From a virus (taxonomy: Duplodnaviria; Caudoviricetes), in the IMG/VR virus record IMGVR_UViG_3300025372_000014, positions 27,234 to 91,233 of that record: a stretch of 64,000 nucleotides of DNA; one strand, written 5' to 3'. Position numbers and translations under genes: made by a program. Position 1 is the first letter of the stretch, and each line of letters begins with the position of its first letter. The notes under the pieces are model-generated. The model was not told the origin of the DNA. It did no database searches and saw only the letters and a program-made list of their open reading frames with translations. This document shows, one piece after another, positions 1 to 7,272 of the stretch.

Positions 1-27
1 TTCTTTGAGTGTTTCTTTATCTTTCAT
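1..27 (-). CDS. 5' part of an early leaderless gene (MKDKETLKE...), runs off the window
   Basis: ATG at 27 lies 6 nt below a TTGTAA-N17-TATGCT promoter (62-34). Confidence 0.6.
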
Positions 28-33
28 GCTATG

Positions 34-62
34 AGCATAGCCCCAAACCGAAAAAATTACAA
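34..62 (-). promoter_or_regulatory. sigma70-type promoter TTGTAA-N17-TATGCT
   Basis: 17-nt spacer; ATG 6 nt downstream; A/T tract upstream (UP-element-like). Confidence 0.7.
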
Positions 63-402
63 CAAGTATTTTTCATTTTGATAAACTTTTTTTTGACGAT
101 TTGGCTTGACAGTCAAGCCGCCGACTTGGTGTCTACCTTCATCCGCAGGCAGGGGGGTGTCTGTAGAGCTAGTGTTTATGCGGGTCTACGCTGTAAGACA
201 AGCCGACCGGGCGGGGCCCGGCGCTGTAAGTGCTTGATGTTCAGCTACTTATCGCGTTGCCTTTGCCAGACTCTGGCATAGATGTTATATACGCGCTTTT
301 CATACTCTGGATGTGAGCCTAACTTCACGCCTCGCCGACGCAGTATGTCGGCGAGGTGACGCTTGAGTTGTATCTGTTGGACTATTGTCATACAAGCGAG
401 TA

Positions 403-558
403 CTAGTGATGACGGCGTCCGCTTGTCCCCGCGTGACCGCCCGATACGCCTTTGTGTCCGTATCCAGACAGGCCGCTATGCTTCCATGCGGCTTGAGAGC
501 TAGGGGTGAAGATGGCGAGAGCTAGCACAACGAGGAGGAGGTGTTTGATGTGGTTCAT
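403..558 (-). CDS. 51-aa secreted peptide (signal peptide plus His/Gly/Ser-rich tail)
   Basis: MNHIKHLLLVVLALAIFTPSSQA|AWKHSG...; start chosen at the ATG downstream of promoter 606-578. Confidence 0.65.
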   Translation of the reverse strand: MNHIKHLLLVVLALAIFTPSSQAAWKHSGLSGYGHKGVSGGHAGTSGRRHH

Positions 559-577
559 GTGTGTGGTGTTTAGTGTG

Positions 578-606
578 ATTCTACTTTTTTTTGTATGCGA
601 TTGCAA
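578..606 (-). promoter_or_regulatory. sigma70-type promoter TTGCAA-N17-TAGAAT
   Basis: near-consensus hexamers with 17-nt spacer, 19 nt upstream of ATG 558. Confidence 0.7.
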
Positions 607-640
607 GTGCTACGATTACGGAGGCGATGAGCAATTCCAT
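581..640 (-). CDS. 19-aa hydrophobic micro-protein MELLIASVIVALAIAYKKK
   Basis: TAATG overlap with upstream ORF stop; TM-like segment with basic tail. Confidence 0.5.
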   Translation of the reverse strand: MELLIASVIVALAIAYKKK

Positions 641-729
641 TAGTGGTTACAGATCTGGTCAGCGTAGTAACAGATGCCGCCGAGGACGCAGAGGTTAGCG
701 AAGGCGAGGAGTGCGATGATGTACTTCAT
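640..729 (-). CDS. 29-aa membrane micro-protein MKYIIALLAFANLCVLGGICYYADQICNH
   Basis: starts 1 nt after upstream stop; C-ending codon bias like its neighbours. Confidence 0.6.
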   Translation of the reverse strand: MKYIIALLAFANLCVLGGICYYADQICNH

Positions 730-730
730 A

Positions 731-844
731 TTACTTGGAGAGAACCTCAAGGGCGATGACGATGATGCCAACGGCAGAGAGCGAGAGCAAGCCGAAGGCG
801 AGGAACGAGGCGATGATGAGGACTGATTCGATGTGGTGTTTCAT
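731..844 (-). CDS. 37-aa membrane micro-protein MKHHIESVLIIASFLAFGLLSLSAVGIIVIALEVLSK
   Basis: ATG 7 nt below TTGACA-N17-CACACT; single TM helix. Confidence 0.7.
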   Translation of the reverse strand: MKHHIESVLIIASFLAFGLLSLSAVGIIVIALEVLSK

Positions 845-851
845 TTGTTCT

Positions 852-880
852 AGTGTGTTGTTTGTTGGTGAGTGTGTCAA
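852..880 (-). promoter_or_regulatory. sigma70-type promoter TTGACA-N17-CACACT
   Basis: perfect -35, 17-nt spacer, leaderless geometry. Confidence 0.7.
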
Positions 881-882
881 GG

Positions 883-1029
883 TTAGAGTGACTGAAGGAA
901 AGTCTTCACCTCAAGCAGGGCGTTGCTGATGTAGAAGCAAGCCTTCATGCGAAGCGTGTTCTGCTGTCTGGCATGGTAGCAAGACAGGTTGTAGAAGTTC
1001 TGTGAGAGGTTGAAGATTGTGGTGATCAT
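883..1029 (-). CDS. 48-aa micro-protein MITTIFNLSQNFYNLSCYHARQQNTLRMKACFYISNALLEVKTFLQSL
   Basis: ATG 6 nt below TTGACA-N17-CATACT; fills the space exactly between two promoters. Confidence 0.7.
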   Translation of the reverse strand: MITTIFNLSQNFYNLSCYHARQQNTLRMKACFYISNALLEVKTFLQSL

Positions 1030-1035
1030 GGTTAG

Positions 1036-1064
1036 AGTATGTGTGAATGTAGTGATTGTGTCAA
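1036..1064 (-). promoter_or_regulatory. sigma70-type promoter TTGACA-N17-CATACT
   Basis: perfect -35, 17-nt spacer. Confidence 0.75.
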
Positions 1065-1067
1065 CGA

Positions 1068-1187
1068 TTATTTCTTGGGAATCCAGAAGCCCTCTTCCCA
1101 GAGACCGCGCTTGATCTCGGAGAGTTTCTTGAGTTGAATCCTACGGAGTTCGATGATCCTCTGTTTGGTGGTGTTCTTATTTTTCAT
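1068..1187 (-). CDS. 39-aa basic micro-protein MKNKNTTKQRIIELRRIQLKKLSEIKRGLWEEGFWIPKK
   Basis: ATG 6 nt below TTGCAA-N17-TAGTAT; C-ending codon bias. Confidence 0.7.
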   Translation of the reverse strand: MKNKNTTKQRIIELRRIQLKKLSEIKRGLWEEGFWIPKK

Positions 1188-1193
1188 GTGTTC

Positions 1194-1222
1194 ATACTAC
1201 CACGGAGCCGTGAAGATTGCAA
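1194..1222 (-). promoter_or_regulatory. sigma70-type promoter TTGCAA-N17-TAGTAT with inverted repeat CACGG-AG-CCGTG in the spacer
   Basis: hexamers, spacer length and inverted repeat (1201-1212) read directly. Confidence 0.7.
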
Positions 1223-1825
1223 CACTTTTTTTTATTTTTTTTCGTGTGCTGCCCTGCTTTGCCTCGCGTGACGGCGTAAGACAATTGTATGACAACGCGT
1301 ATCCCCTCCCCTTTTTGGAAAAAAAGCCAGCCGCGCAGCCCGGAAGCGGTCGGGTGGGTGCTACTTCCATCTCCCCCAATAAAATACCTACCTTATTCAG
1401 AAATCTCGCCGCTTTGAATGGTTTTAAATAATAAATAAGCGGCTCGACCGCCGCTCGCTATGCCACGCGAGCGAACTTCCGATACACTGTCGCGGAATTT
1501 TCGGAATAATCCGCGCAAGTTAATTCAATCAACTAATACATAATATATTAAAAACTCTATATTAATGCATTAAATAATCCACGCTCACGTTATGAGCATA
1601 CCACACAAGTATAAAATATACACAAACTATATAAACTGATAATAGTAGGGCGAACCATGCGGGGAAACACTCTATCGTGCGTTTTATAAAGCCTCTCATA
1701 GTATATAATAGGTAACCCCTGCCAATTTATAAAAAATGGAATAAAAACACGTTATTAATAATTAAATCATTTTAAAAATACCGGGGGGATAAATAATAAA
1801 TATATATGACACTAATATAGAGTCA

Positions 1826-1831
1826 GTGTAA
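1826..1831 (+). promoter_or_regulatory. putative late promoter GTGTAA
   Basis: same motif precedes most structural transcription units. Confidence 0.65.
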
Positions 1832-1840
1832 TTACTATAT

Positions 1841-2061
1841 AAGATTACTCAATGGTAAACTTACGCCTATCCAGACTGGTGGAAATGCACTTAAAGCGTT
1901 CCTTCAGGTGCTTCGTTAGATTTCTTATTGGAAATTAATTCAACTTAAGAAAAGCCAGCAATCGCTGCCAGAAGCCCAGTTTAACTGGCGCCGGGGCAAC
2001 CAAACGCTTGCGTGTGCCACAAACGCCACCACAGCACTTACCATTGGTCTTGCTCTTTTTT
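1841..2061 (+). ncRNA. putative ~220-nt structured ncRNA with closing helix and kissing loops
   Basis: 1850-1858 pairs with 2038-2046; 1877-1882 with 2026-2031; five internal hairpins; loop AAGCGTT complementary to loop AACGCTT; late promoter upstream, U-tract downstream. Confidence 0.7.
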
Positions 2062-2117
2062 ATTCCAATCGCGCTCTTTTTATTATTTGTTTTATTTGTC
2101 ATAATAATATTATTATA

Positions 2118-2324
2118 TTAATCCTGATTGATGTTTTCCATATTTTCTTGTTGGAATTCCCTGATAGCCTCTAAGATAAAATCCAGTTCTTTAGTTATGT
2201 CTGGTGTTTTAGGATAGCGCTCTTGCTTGGCCAGTAGTAAGAACTTCTTCTTTAACTGCTCCACAACAAAGTCCTGCGCCTCCCTCTCGGTGGAGGTTTT
2301 TGCCTTTGGAAAGAAATCGTACAC
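2118..2324 (-). CDS. hypothetical helical protein (~68 aa, GTG start uncertain)
   Basis: ORF track 2118..2387; GTG just after the upstream gene stop. Confidence 0.5.
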   Translation of the reverse strand: MYDFFPKAKTSTEREAQDFVVEQLKKKFLLLAKQERYPKTPDITKELDFILEAIREFQQENMENINQD

Positions 2325-2335
2325 GCCGGGCCCTT

Positions 2336-2524
2336 TTAAATTGTTTCTAATTGAAGCCTGTTTCCTTCCTTGACCTCTTTCGCCCAAAATACGTCTATCC
2401 CACTATAGATTTTATAACGGTTGCTATTCTTTATTTCAATAATCTTTCCATAACGCCAGTTGCGACTGCCGCGCTCAAGAAACTCAACATTATCATTTAA
2501 TTTGAAATTAGTTTTCGCATTCAT
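2336..2524 (-). CDS. 62-aa SH3/Tudor-like small protein, leaderless
   Basis: FKLNDNVEF...WRYGKIIEI...YKI pattern; TTGTTT-N17-TATAAT-N7-ATG (2560-2524). Confidence 0.6.
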   Translation of the reverse strand: MNAKTNFKLNDNVEFLERGSRNWRYGKIIEIKNSNRYKIYSGIDVFWAKEVKEGNRLQLETI

Positions 2525-2615
2525 AGTATATATTATATAATATAATGGGCGCAAAAACAATTTTTGTATTAAACACTGCGCTGTTCAGTAATCCGTGTAA
2601 TTAGTTATTGTATAT

Positions 2616-3413
2616 ATGGCATCCGTTGGACTAACAAACTGTTATTTAATAAAGCTCTTAACCATTTCCGTTAATCCGTTTGTGAGTGGCGGCGCCGGGA
2701 CTTTCGATCTATATAACCTTAGAAGCATGACAAACATTACTGCTACTGGTGTGGGCTTGAGTAATATTACAAATTTTGGCGCATGCTCAAAGCTGGCCGT
2801 TGTTAGTGTTAATAATAATGGTTTAAGTGGTGCAATTCCAGATTTTAGATTAAATACCGGATTACGTCAATTCACTGCATACGGAAATAACTATACTGGT
2901 ATAACTCAGAATTACTGGGACGCTAATGCTGGTGCCATGCAGAATTTTTTAATATATAATAATCCAAACTTGAGTGGAACACTACCAGTGGGCATAACAG
3001 GACTGACTGGCATACAAAGTTTTTCGGTAAATGGTTGTAAATTAAGTGGCACCTTGGCGATACCAAGGTCTAGAGTTATGACTGTATATAATGCCTATTC
3101 AAATAATTTTACTGGCACAATTCCAGATATTAGCTACCAAACAGGATTAAAAACATTTGGTCTTAATAATAATAACCTAACTGGTTTTAATGGTGGATTT
3201 CCCACGGGGGTATCTGGACTAAACGCACAGTTCAGTGCTAACAAACTTTCCTTTTCTGGAGTGAGTCAGATACTTCAGGCGGCTGTTAATTCCACCTCCA
3301 CTACTGGTGTTCTCGCTCTTGGCGGAACCAATAATGCCCGTGCCACAGGAACCACGAATGTTAATAACATAAATACCCTAGTAAGCAGAGGATGGACTGT
3401 GACTTATAATTAA
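2616..3413 (+). CDS. leucine-rich repeat protein
   Basis: repeats NNGLSGAIPDF, NPNLSGTLP, NNFTGTIPDI, NNLTG; C-terminal LVSRGWTVTYN; GTGTAA at 2595. Confidence 0.8.
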   Translation: MASVGLTNCYLIKLLTISVNPFVSGGAGTFDLYNLRSMTNITATGVGLSNITNFGACSKLAVVSVNNNGLSGAIPDFRLNTGLRQFTAYGNNYTGITQNYWDANAGAMQNFLIYNNPNLSGTLPVGITGLTGIQSFSVNGCKLSGTLAIPRSRVMTVYNAYSNNFTGTIPDISYQTGLKTFGLNNNNLTGFNGGFPTGVSGLNAQFSANKLSFSGVSQILQAAVNSTSTTGVLALGGTNNARATGTTNVNNINTLVSRGWTVTYN

Positions 3414-3428
3414 TTTATATTTATATAT

Positions 3429-3647
3429 ATGATAACACTAGTACAAGCCCCCGACCATTATGAACTACCAGAGGCGAGTTATGCTTTTTATTTTGATAGT
3501 GGTTCTAATAGTTTATTATGCAGACCATTCGCAGCGCCCGGTACCTGCGCCTCGCCCTACACACTTGCCATCGGAAGTGCCGAGCAAGAATGTCTCGACT
3601 ACATCACCGAAAATAACATTACCGTACCCGAATGGCTGACCGAGTAA
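3429..3647 (+). CDS. small acidic hypothetical protein, possible partner of the LRR protein
   Basis: ORF directly downstream of the LRR gene. Confidence 0.55.
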   Translation: MITLVQAPDHYELPEASYAFYFDSGSNSLLCRPFAAPGTCASPYTLAIGSAEQECLDYITENNITVPEWLTE

Positions 3648-3898
3648 CAAAAACCTGCGGGTTATGCAAGAAAGAACTGGAATTTTTTTGTTTTAGTATT
3701 AATAGGAAATCCAGAGACGGTCTGCATGCTTGGTGCAAACCCTGTTGCCGCAAAGCTGAACAGGAACGCTATAAGATAATTAGGGATGAACGTATTGCCG
3801 AGGTTCGTGAGTGGCAAAAGAATAATTTAGGTAAGGTTAGTGAATATAAAAAAAATTGGCGAGCCAAACATGAGTCTGACCCGCCAACCGAAGGTTAA
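3632..3898 (+). CDS. CxxC...CxxC zinc-finger protein like the N-terminus of phage HNH endonucleases, without HNH domain
   Basis: KTCGLCKKE...F...SRDGLHAWCKPC. Confidence 0.6.
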   Translation: MADRVTKTCGLCKKELEFFCFSINRKSRDGLHAWCKPCCRKAEQERYKIIRDERIAEVREWQKNNLGKVSEYKKNWRAKHESDPPTEG

Positions 3899-3908
3899 AT
3901 ATAAAAAA

Positions 3909-4418
3909 TTACTTAACCGTCTGTACCTTTATTTTTTTCGTCTTTGCGGCGGCGAGTTTTGAAATAGAAATATATAATACTCCATGGTCTAGTTTCGCGT
4001 CTACGGTTTCTACATCTGCATTTTGTGGCAGATTAACGCTATTATAATACTTTAGACTATCCTGTTCAGCCTTAATGTGTAATAGACCGTCTTCAGTGGT
4101 AATATCCAGACTAGAAGCCTTGAATCTTGGTAACTCTGTCTCATAAGTATACTTATCACCCTGCTCTTTCCAAGGGTTTAGCTTTGAGATACTAAACTGC
4201 GGGCTTGCTATGGCTGTAAATGTATCGAATATACCCGGCCATCTATTAGTCCAGTAGTCTATAGGAGCAAAAGGATCTAGGCGTGTACTTCCTATGGTTA
4301 GACTGTCTCCAGTATTGGCTGGATAAGTATCTCCAAACCAACTGGCAGTAGATAGTCCATTTTTAGGTACTAGTGAAATGCTCATTAGAGAGCTTGATGT
4401 TGTATTGTTATTTTTCAT
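3909..4418 (-). CDS. small heat shock protein (Hsp20/alpha-crystallin)
   Basis: YETELPRF..LDIT.EDGLLHIKAE...SVNLP.NAD.E.VDAKLDHGVLYISI and C-terminal IKV (IxI/V motif); start placed at ATG 4418. Confidence 0.85.
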   Translation of the reverse strand: MKNNNTTSSSLMSISLVPKNGLSTASWFGDTYPANTGDSLTIGSTRLDPFAPIDYWTNRWPGIFDTFTAIASPQFSISKLNPWKEQGDKYTYETELPRFKASSLDITTEDGLLHIKAEQDSLKYYNSVNLPQNADVETVDAKLDHGVLYISISKLAAAKTKKIKVQTVK

Positions 4419-4484
4419 AAATTGAATGTTACAATAATGAGACACAACTTTTATTGGAATGTTCAAAAAAAGTTTGTAATATAT

Positions 4485-5165
4485 ATGGTGAAAGAGTACG
4501 AGTACCTGATAGTGTCGGATGTTCATATGACAAGTCTTGTGTGTCAGCATGATAAACTAGAGTGGGTTATTAAGAATGTTAAATCTAAAAATCTTATATT
4601 AAATGGAGATATTATAGATGTTAATCATACTAAAAAATTAACCAAAAAAGACTGGCACCTATTGTCACTACTCAGAAAGCAAACAAAGGAAAGAAACTGT
4701 TATTGGAACGCTGGCAACCATGATGGCGATGTGAGTGGACTACTTGCAGACTTTCTGGGTTATACTCATGGACATGAAGTTAGAACTAATATAAATGGTA
4801 GTAACTTTATTATAACACATGGCGACCAGTTTGATAGTTTTATTGGAGACCATCCTATTATTACTAATATAGCTAGTGGATTATATTACTGGTTACAGGC
4901 AATAGATCCAAAACAGCAAAGAATTCCTAGGTATTTTAAAAAAAGATCAAAGAACTGGATACATGCCACAAAGAGAGTAAAGAACAATGCGATCAAGTGG
5001 GCAAAGAATCAGAATGCTAATAACATTATCTGTTCACACGTTCACCATGCAGAAGTTGACGAAGTAGACGAAGTAGTCTATGCCAATACCGGATGCTTTA
5101 CATATGCCGAATGCTATTATATTACCATAGATAAATTTGGTAAAATAGAGACACATAAGGTGTAA
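4485..5165 (+). CDS. calcineurin-like metallophosphoesterase, LpxH-like (UDP-2,3-diacylglucosamine diphosphatase family)
   Basis: motifs SDVH, GDIID, GNHD, THGD, SHVH, YANTG; start at ATG 4485 or GTG 4488. Confidence 0.8.
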   Translation: MVKEYEYLIVSDVHMTSLVCQHDKLEWVIKNVKSKNLILNGDIIDVNHTKKLTKKDWHLLSLLRKQTKERNCYWNAGNHDGDVSGLLADFLGYTHGHEVRTNINGSNFIITHGDQFDSFIGDHPIITNIASGLYYWLQAIDPKQQRIPRYFKKRSKNWIHATKRVKNNAIKWAKNQNANNIICSHVHHAEVDEVDEVVYANTGCFTYAECYYITIDKFGKIETHKV

Positions 5166-5173
5166 ATATATCT

Positions 5174-5280
5174 GTAGTGAACAGCACTATTGTTCTAGAA
5201 CAAAGCGAGAGAGGGGTAAGATTTTTAATTACCACAGGGATGCCTCGCCACTTTTACCAAAACTTTTAAGGTAAACAATT
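5174..5280 (+). promoter_or_regulatory. structured 5' leader of phoH downstream of GTGTAA (5160-5165)
   Basis: four hairpins; the first begins at the predicted start site. Confidence 0.5.
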
Positions 5281-5289
5281 TTTAATTTT

Positions 5290-6048
5290 ATGAGTCACAA
5301 GAAAAAAACACCTGCTAAACAAGCAACTGTAACTAAAGATACTTCTCCTTATGTAGATAAAAAACGTACAAAAAGTACAATACAACTATCAATTAGAGAA
5401 CTTCCTTGGACAGATAAGCAAAAGAAATTTTTTGAAGTAGCCCTAGATAAAAATACTAAGGTTATGATAGTTAAGGGCGTTGCTGGAACAGCTAAGACAT
5501 TACTGGCGGTATACTGCGCGCTAAAGAAAATTAATGAGAAGAAGTCTGCTGAGATTTATTATAGCCGCGTTCCTGTAGAAAGTTCTATACATGGAATTGG
5601 TTATATTAAAGGTACTACAGATGAGAAAATGTCCCCCTATATACAACCCCTAGTGGATAAGCTACATGAACTACTGCCAGAACCACAAGTTAGAGCATTA
5701 ATGGCAGATGATAGAATCAAGGGTTTACCACTAGGATTCCTACGTGGACTAAACATATCTAATGCCTCGTTTATTATGGATGAGGCACAGAACTGCCGAG
5801 TTGAGGACTTCTTATTAGTCATGAGCCGTATGGCTAATTTTTCTAACCTATTTGTTATAGGTGATGAGCAGCAGTCAGATATCAAACAAAGCGGTTTTAA
5901 TCGTGTTTATAACTCATTTAATACCGAGACGGCAAAAGAGCATGGTATTCATACCTTTGAATTTACCAAAGAAGATATTGTGAGATCAGAAATCCTATCT
6001 TATGTTATCGAGACTTTCGAGAAGATGAGGCTTAAGATCGTGAATTAG
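5290..6048 (+). CDS. phoH: PhoH-family ATPase
   Basis: GVAGTAKT, SRVPVE, FLRGLN, MDEAQN, GDEQQSD, DIVRS. Confidence 0.93.
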   Translation: MSHKKKTPAKQATVTKDTSPYVDKKRTKSTIQLSIRELPWTDKQKKFFEVALDKNTKVMIVKGVAGTAKTLLAVYCALKKINEKKSAEIYYSRVPVESSIHGIGYIKGTTDEKMSPYIQPLVDKLHELLPEPQVRALMADDRIKGLPLGFLRGLNISNASFIMDEAQNCRVEDFLLVMSRMANFSNLFVIGDEQQSDIKQSGFNRVYNSFNTETAKEHGIHTFEFTKEDIVRSEILSYVIETFEKMRLKIVN

Positions 6049-6631
6049 TAAAAATATCATATACGCCCTCCGGGGCTTCCAAGTACTTCAGGTATGACTT
6101 GTGTATCTTATCAGGGCACATGTCTTCACAGTTTTTAAGGTCAGGGTTGCCCTTTGGCCAAAAATGATCTGTATATAAGAATCCATACTTATATAATACT
6201 GCATTAGCTTCTTTTATATAATCGATATCATCAAAAAGCCTATATTTTTTTATTAGTTTAACTACTCTCCTTTCACAGTCTGCCTCTAATCTTAATAATA
6301 ATAGTATTTCTTTTTTAAACTTTTTTGGATTGTTAATTATCTCATCTATATTAAAGTTACATTCTTCGAAATCTTTCCATATTCTACTACCTTCTCTCCA
6401 CTGTAAAAAATGGCAGTATTCATGAATTAATACTCCAAACCATCTTTCATTTGATTTATTTCCTATAGCTACCTTAATAACAGGATTTTCTTTAAAATTA
6501 AATTCAAACATACCGTAGCATCGGTCATTACCCCCACAGTACTCTCCTTTATAGAGTAAAATCTTTCCATCATATGCTTTAAGGTCTTTTTTTATTATAC
6601 CATAAAGTTTGCTTTTTTTAATGGACTGCAT
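6032..6631 (-). CDS. HExxH zincin-like metallopeptidase
   Basis: LIHEYCHFLQW plus downstream LEADCE; GTGTAA on minus strand at 6648-6643. Confidence 0.7.
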   Translation of the reverse strand: MQSIKKSKLYGIIKKDLKAYDGKILLYKGEYCGGNDRCYGMFEFNFKENPVIKVAIGNKSNERWFGVLIHEYCHFLQWREGSRIWKDFEECNFNIDEIINNPKKFKKEILLLLRLEADCERRVVKLIKKYRLFDDIDYIKEANAVLYKYGFLYTDHFWPKGNPDLKNCEDMCPDKIHKSYLKYLEAPEGVYDIFTNSRS

Positions 6632-6727
6632 TTACCCAATAATTACACCGAGGGTCTTATATAATATAAGCCTAAAGAGAAATTAGAATTTTCTGTGTAA
6701 TTAACTAATAATAAGTGTATCAAAACT

Positions 6728-7267
6728 ATGAAACATTTTTGCTCCAAATGTGGTAAACCCACTATATATGCTTTAGCACTACCTAAATTTTGTTCCCAGT
6801 GTGGAAGTGATTTTAGTTTGGTAACAAAGGAAAAAGATAAATCTGTACACGATCAGGCGCTAGAGAAGGCTAAAGAAAAATATGAGGTTAATACCCCTAA
6901 TTTCGTACCGCAGCCCGATCCAAAAATTAAAAGCTATCCTAATCCAGCCAGAGCTTCTATTAAATATAAACTATTAGATGATGATGAACAGACTGAAGAC
7001 GAAGATGGCGATATAGGTTATGAAGACGATAATGTAGCTATTAACCCAGATCTTTTTGCCAAAGTTAAGCCAAAATTTACCCTGCAGCAAACTAGAAACA
7101 CTTCGGAGTCTTTTGAGAATATTGTCACGCAGGGATATGCAAGTAATTACCAACCAATGGATCCAGCCGAAATGAGAACCCTATCCGGTGGTATACAAAA
7201 CTCAACCCCTGATTCTGTTTTAGAGCAATTTAAAAGAGAAGCTGGAAGTATTCGTCAGCGAGATTAA
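6728..7267 (+). CDS. N-terminal double zinc-ribbon protein with acidic tail
   Basis: FCSKCG...PKFCSQCG. Confidence 0.7.
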   Translation: MKHFCSKCGKPTIYALALPKFCSQCGSDFSLVTKEKDKSVHDQALEKAKEKYEVNTPNFVPQPDPKIKSYPNPARASIKYKLLDDDEQTEDEDGDIGYEDDNVAINPDLFAKVKPKFTLQQTRNTSESFENIVTQGYASNYQPMDPAEMRTLSGGIQNSTPDSVLEQFKREAGSIRQRD

Positions 7268-7272
7268 ACTGC

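Noticed and set aside
9-1431. Plus-strand ORFs 9..281, 735..929, 1056..1271 and 1153..1431, and minus ORF 1197..1379
   Set aside because: They are shadows of the promoter-backed minus-strand micro-ORFs or lie over promoter DNA
1852-1938. 28-aa ORF MVNLRLSRLV... inside the candidate RNA
   Set aside because: Its ATG is buried in the closing helix and it explains under half of the structured region; not fully excluded
1841-2061. ncRNA as tmRNA, tRNA, RNase P, group I intron or retron msr-msd
   Set aside because: No T-loop before CCACCA, no RNase P GAGGAAAGUCC, no recognisable intron core, and no reverse transcriptase in the window
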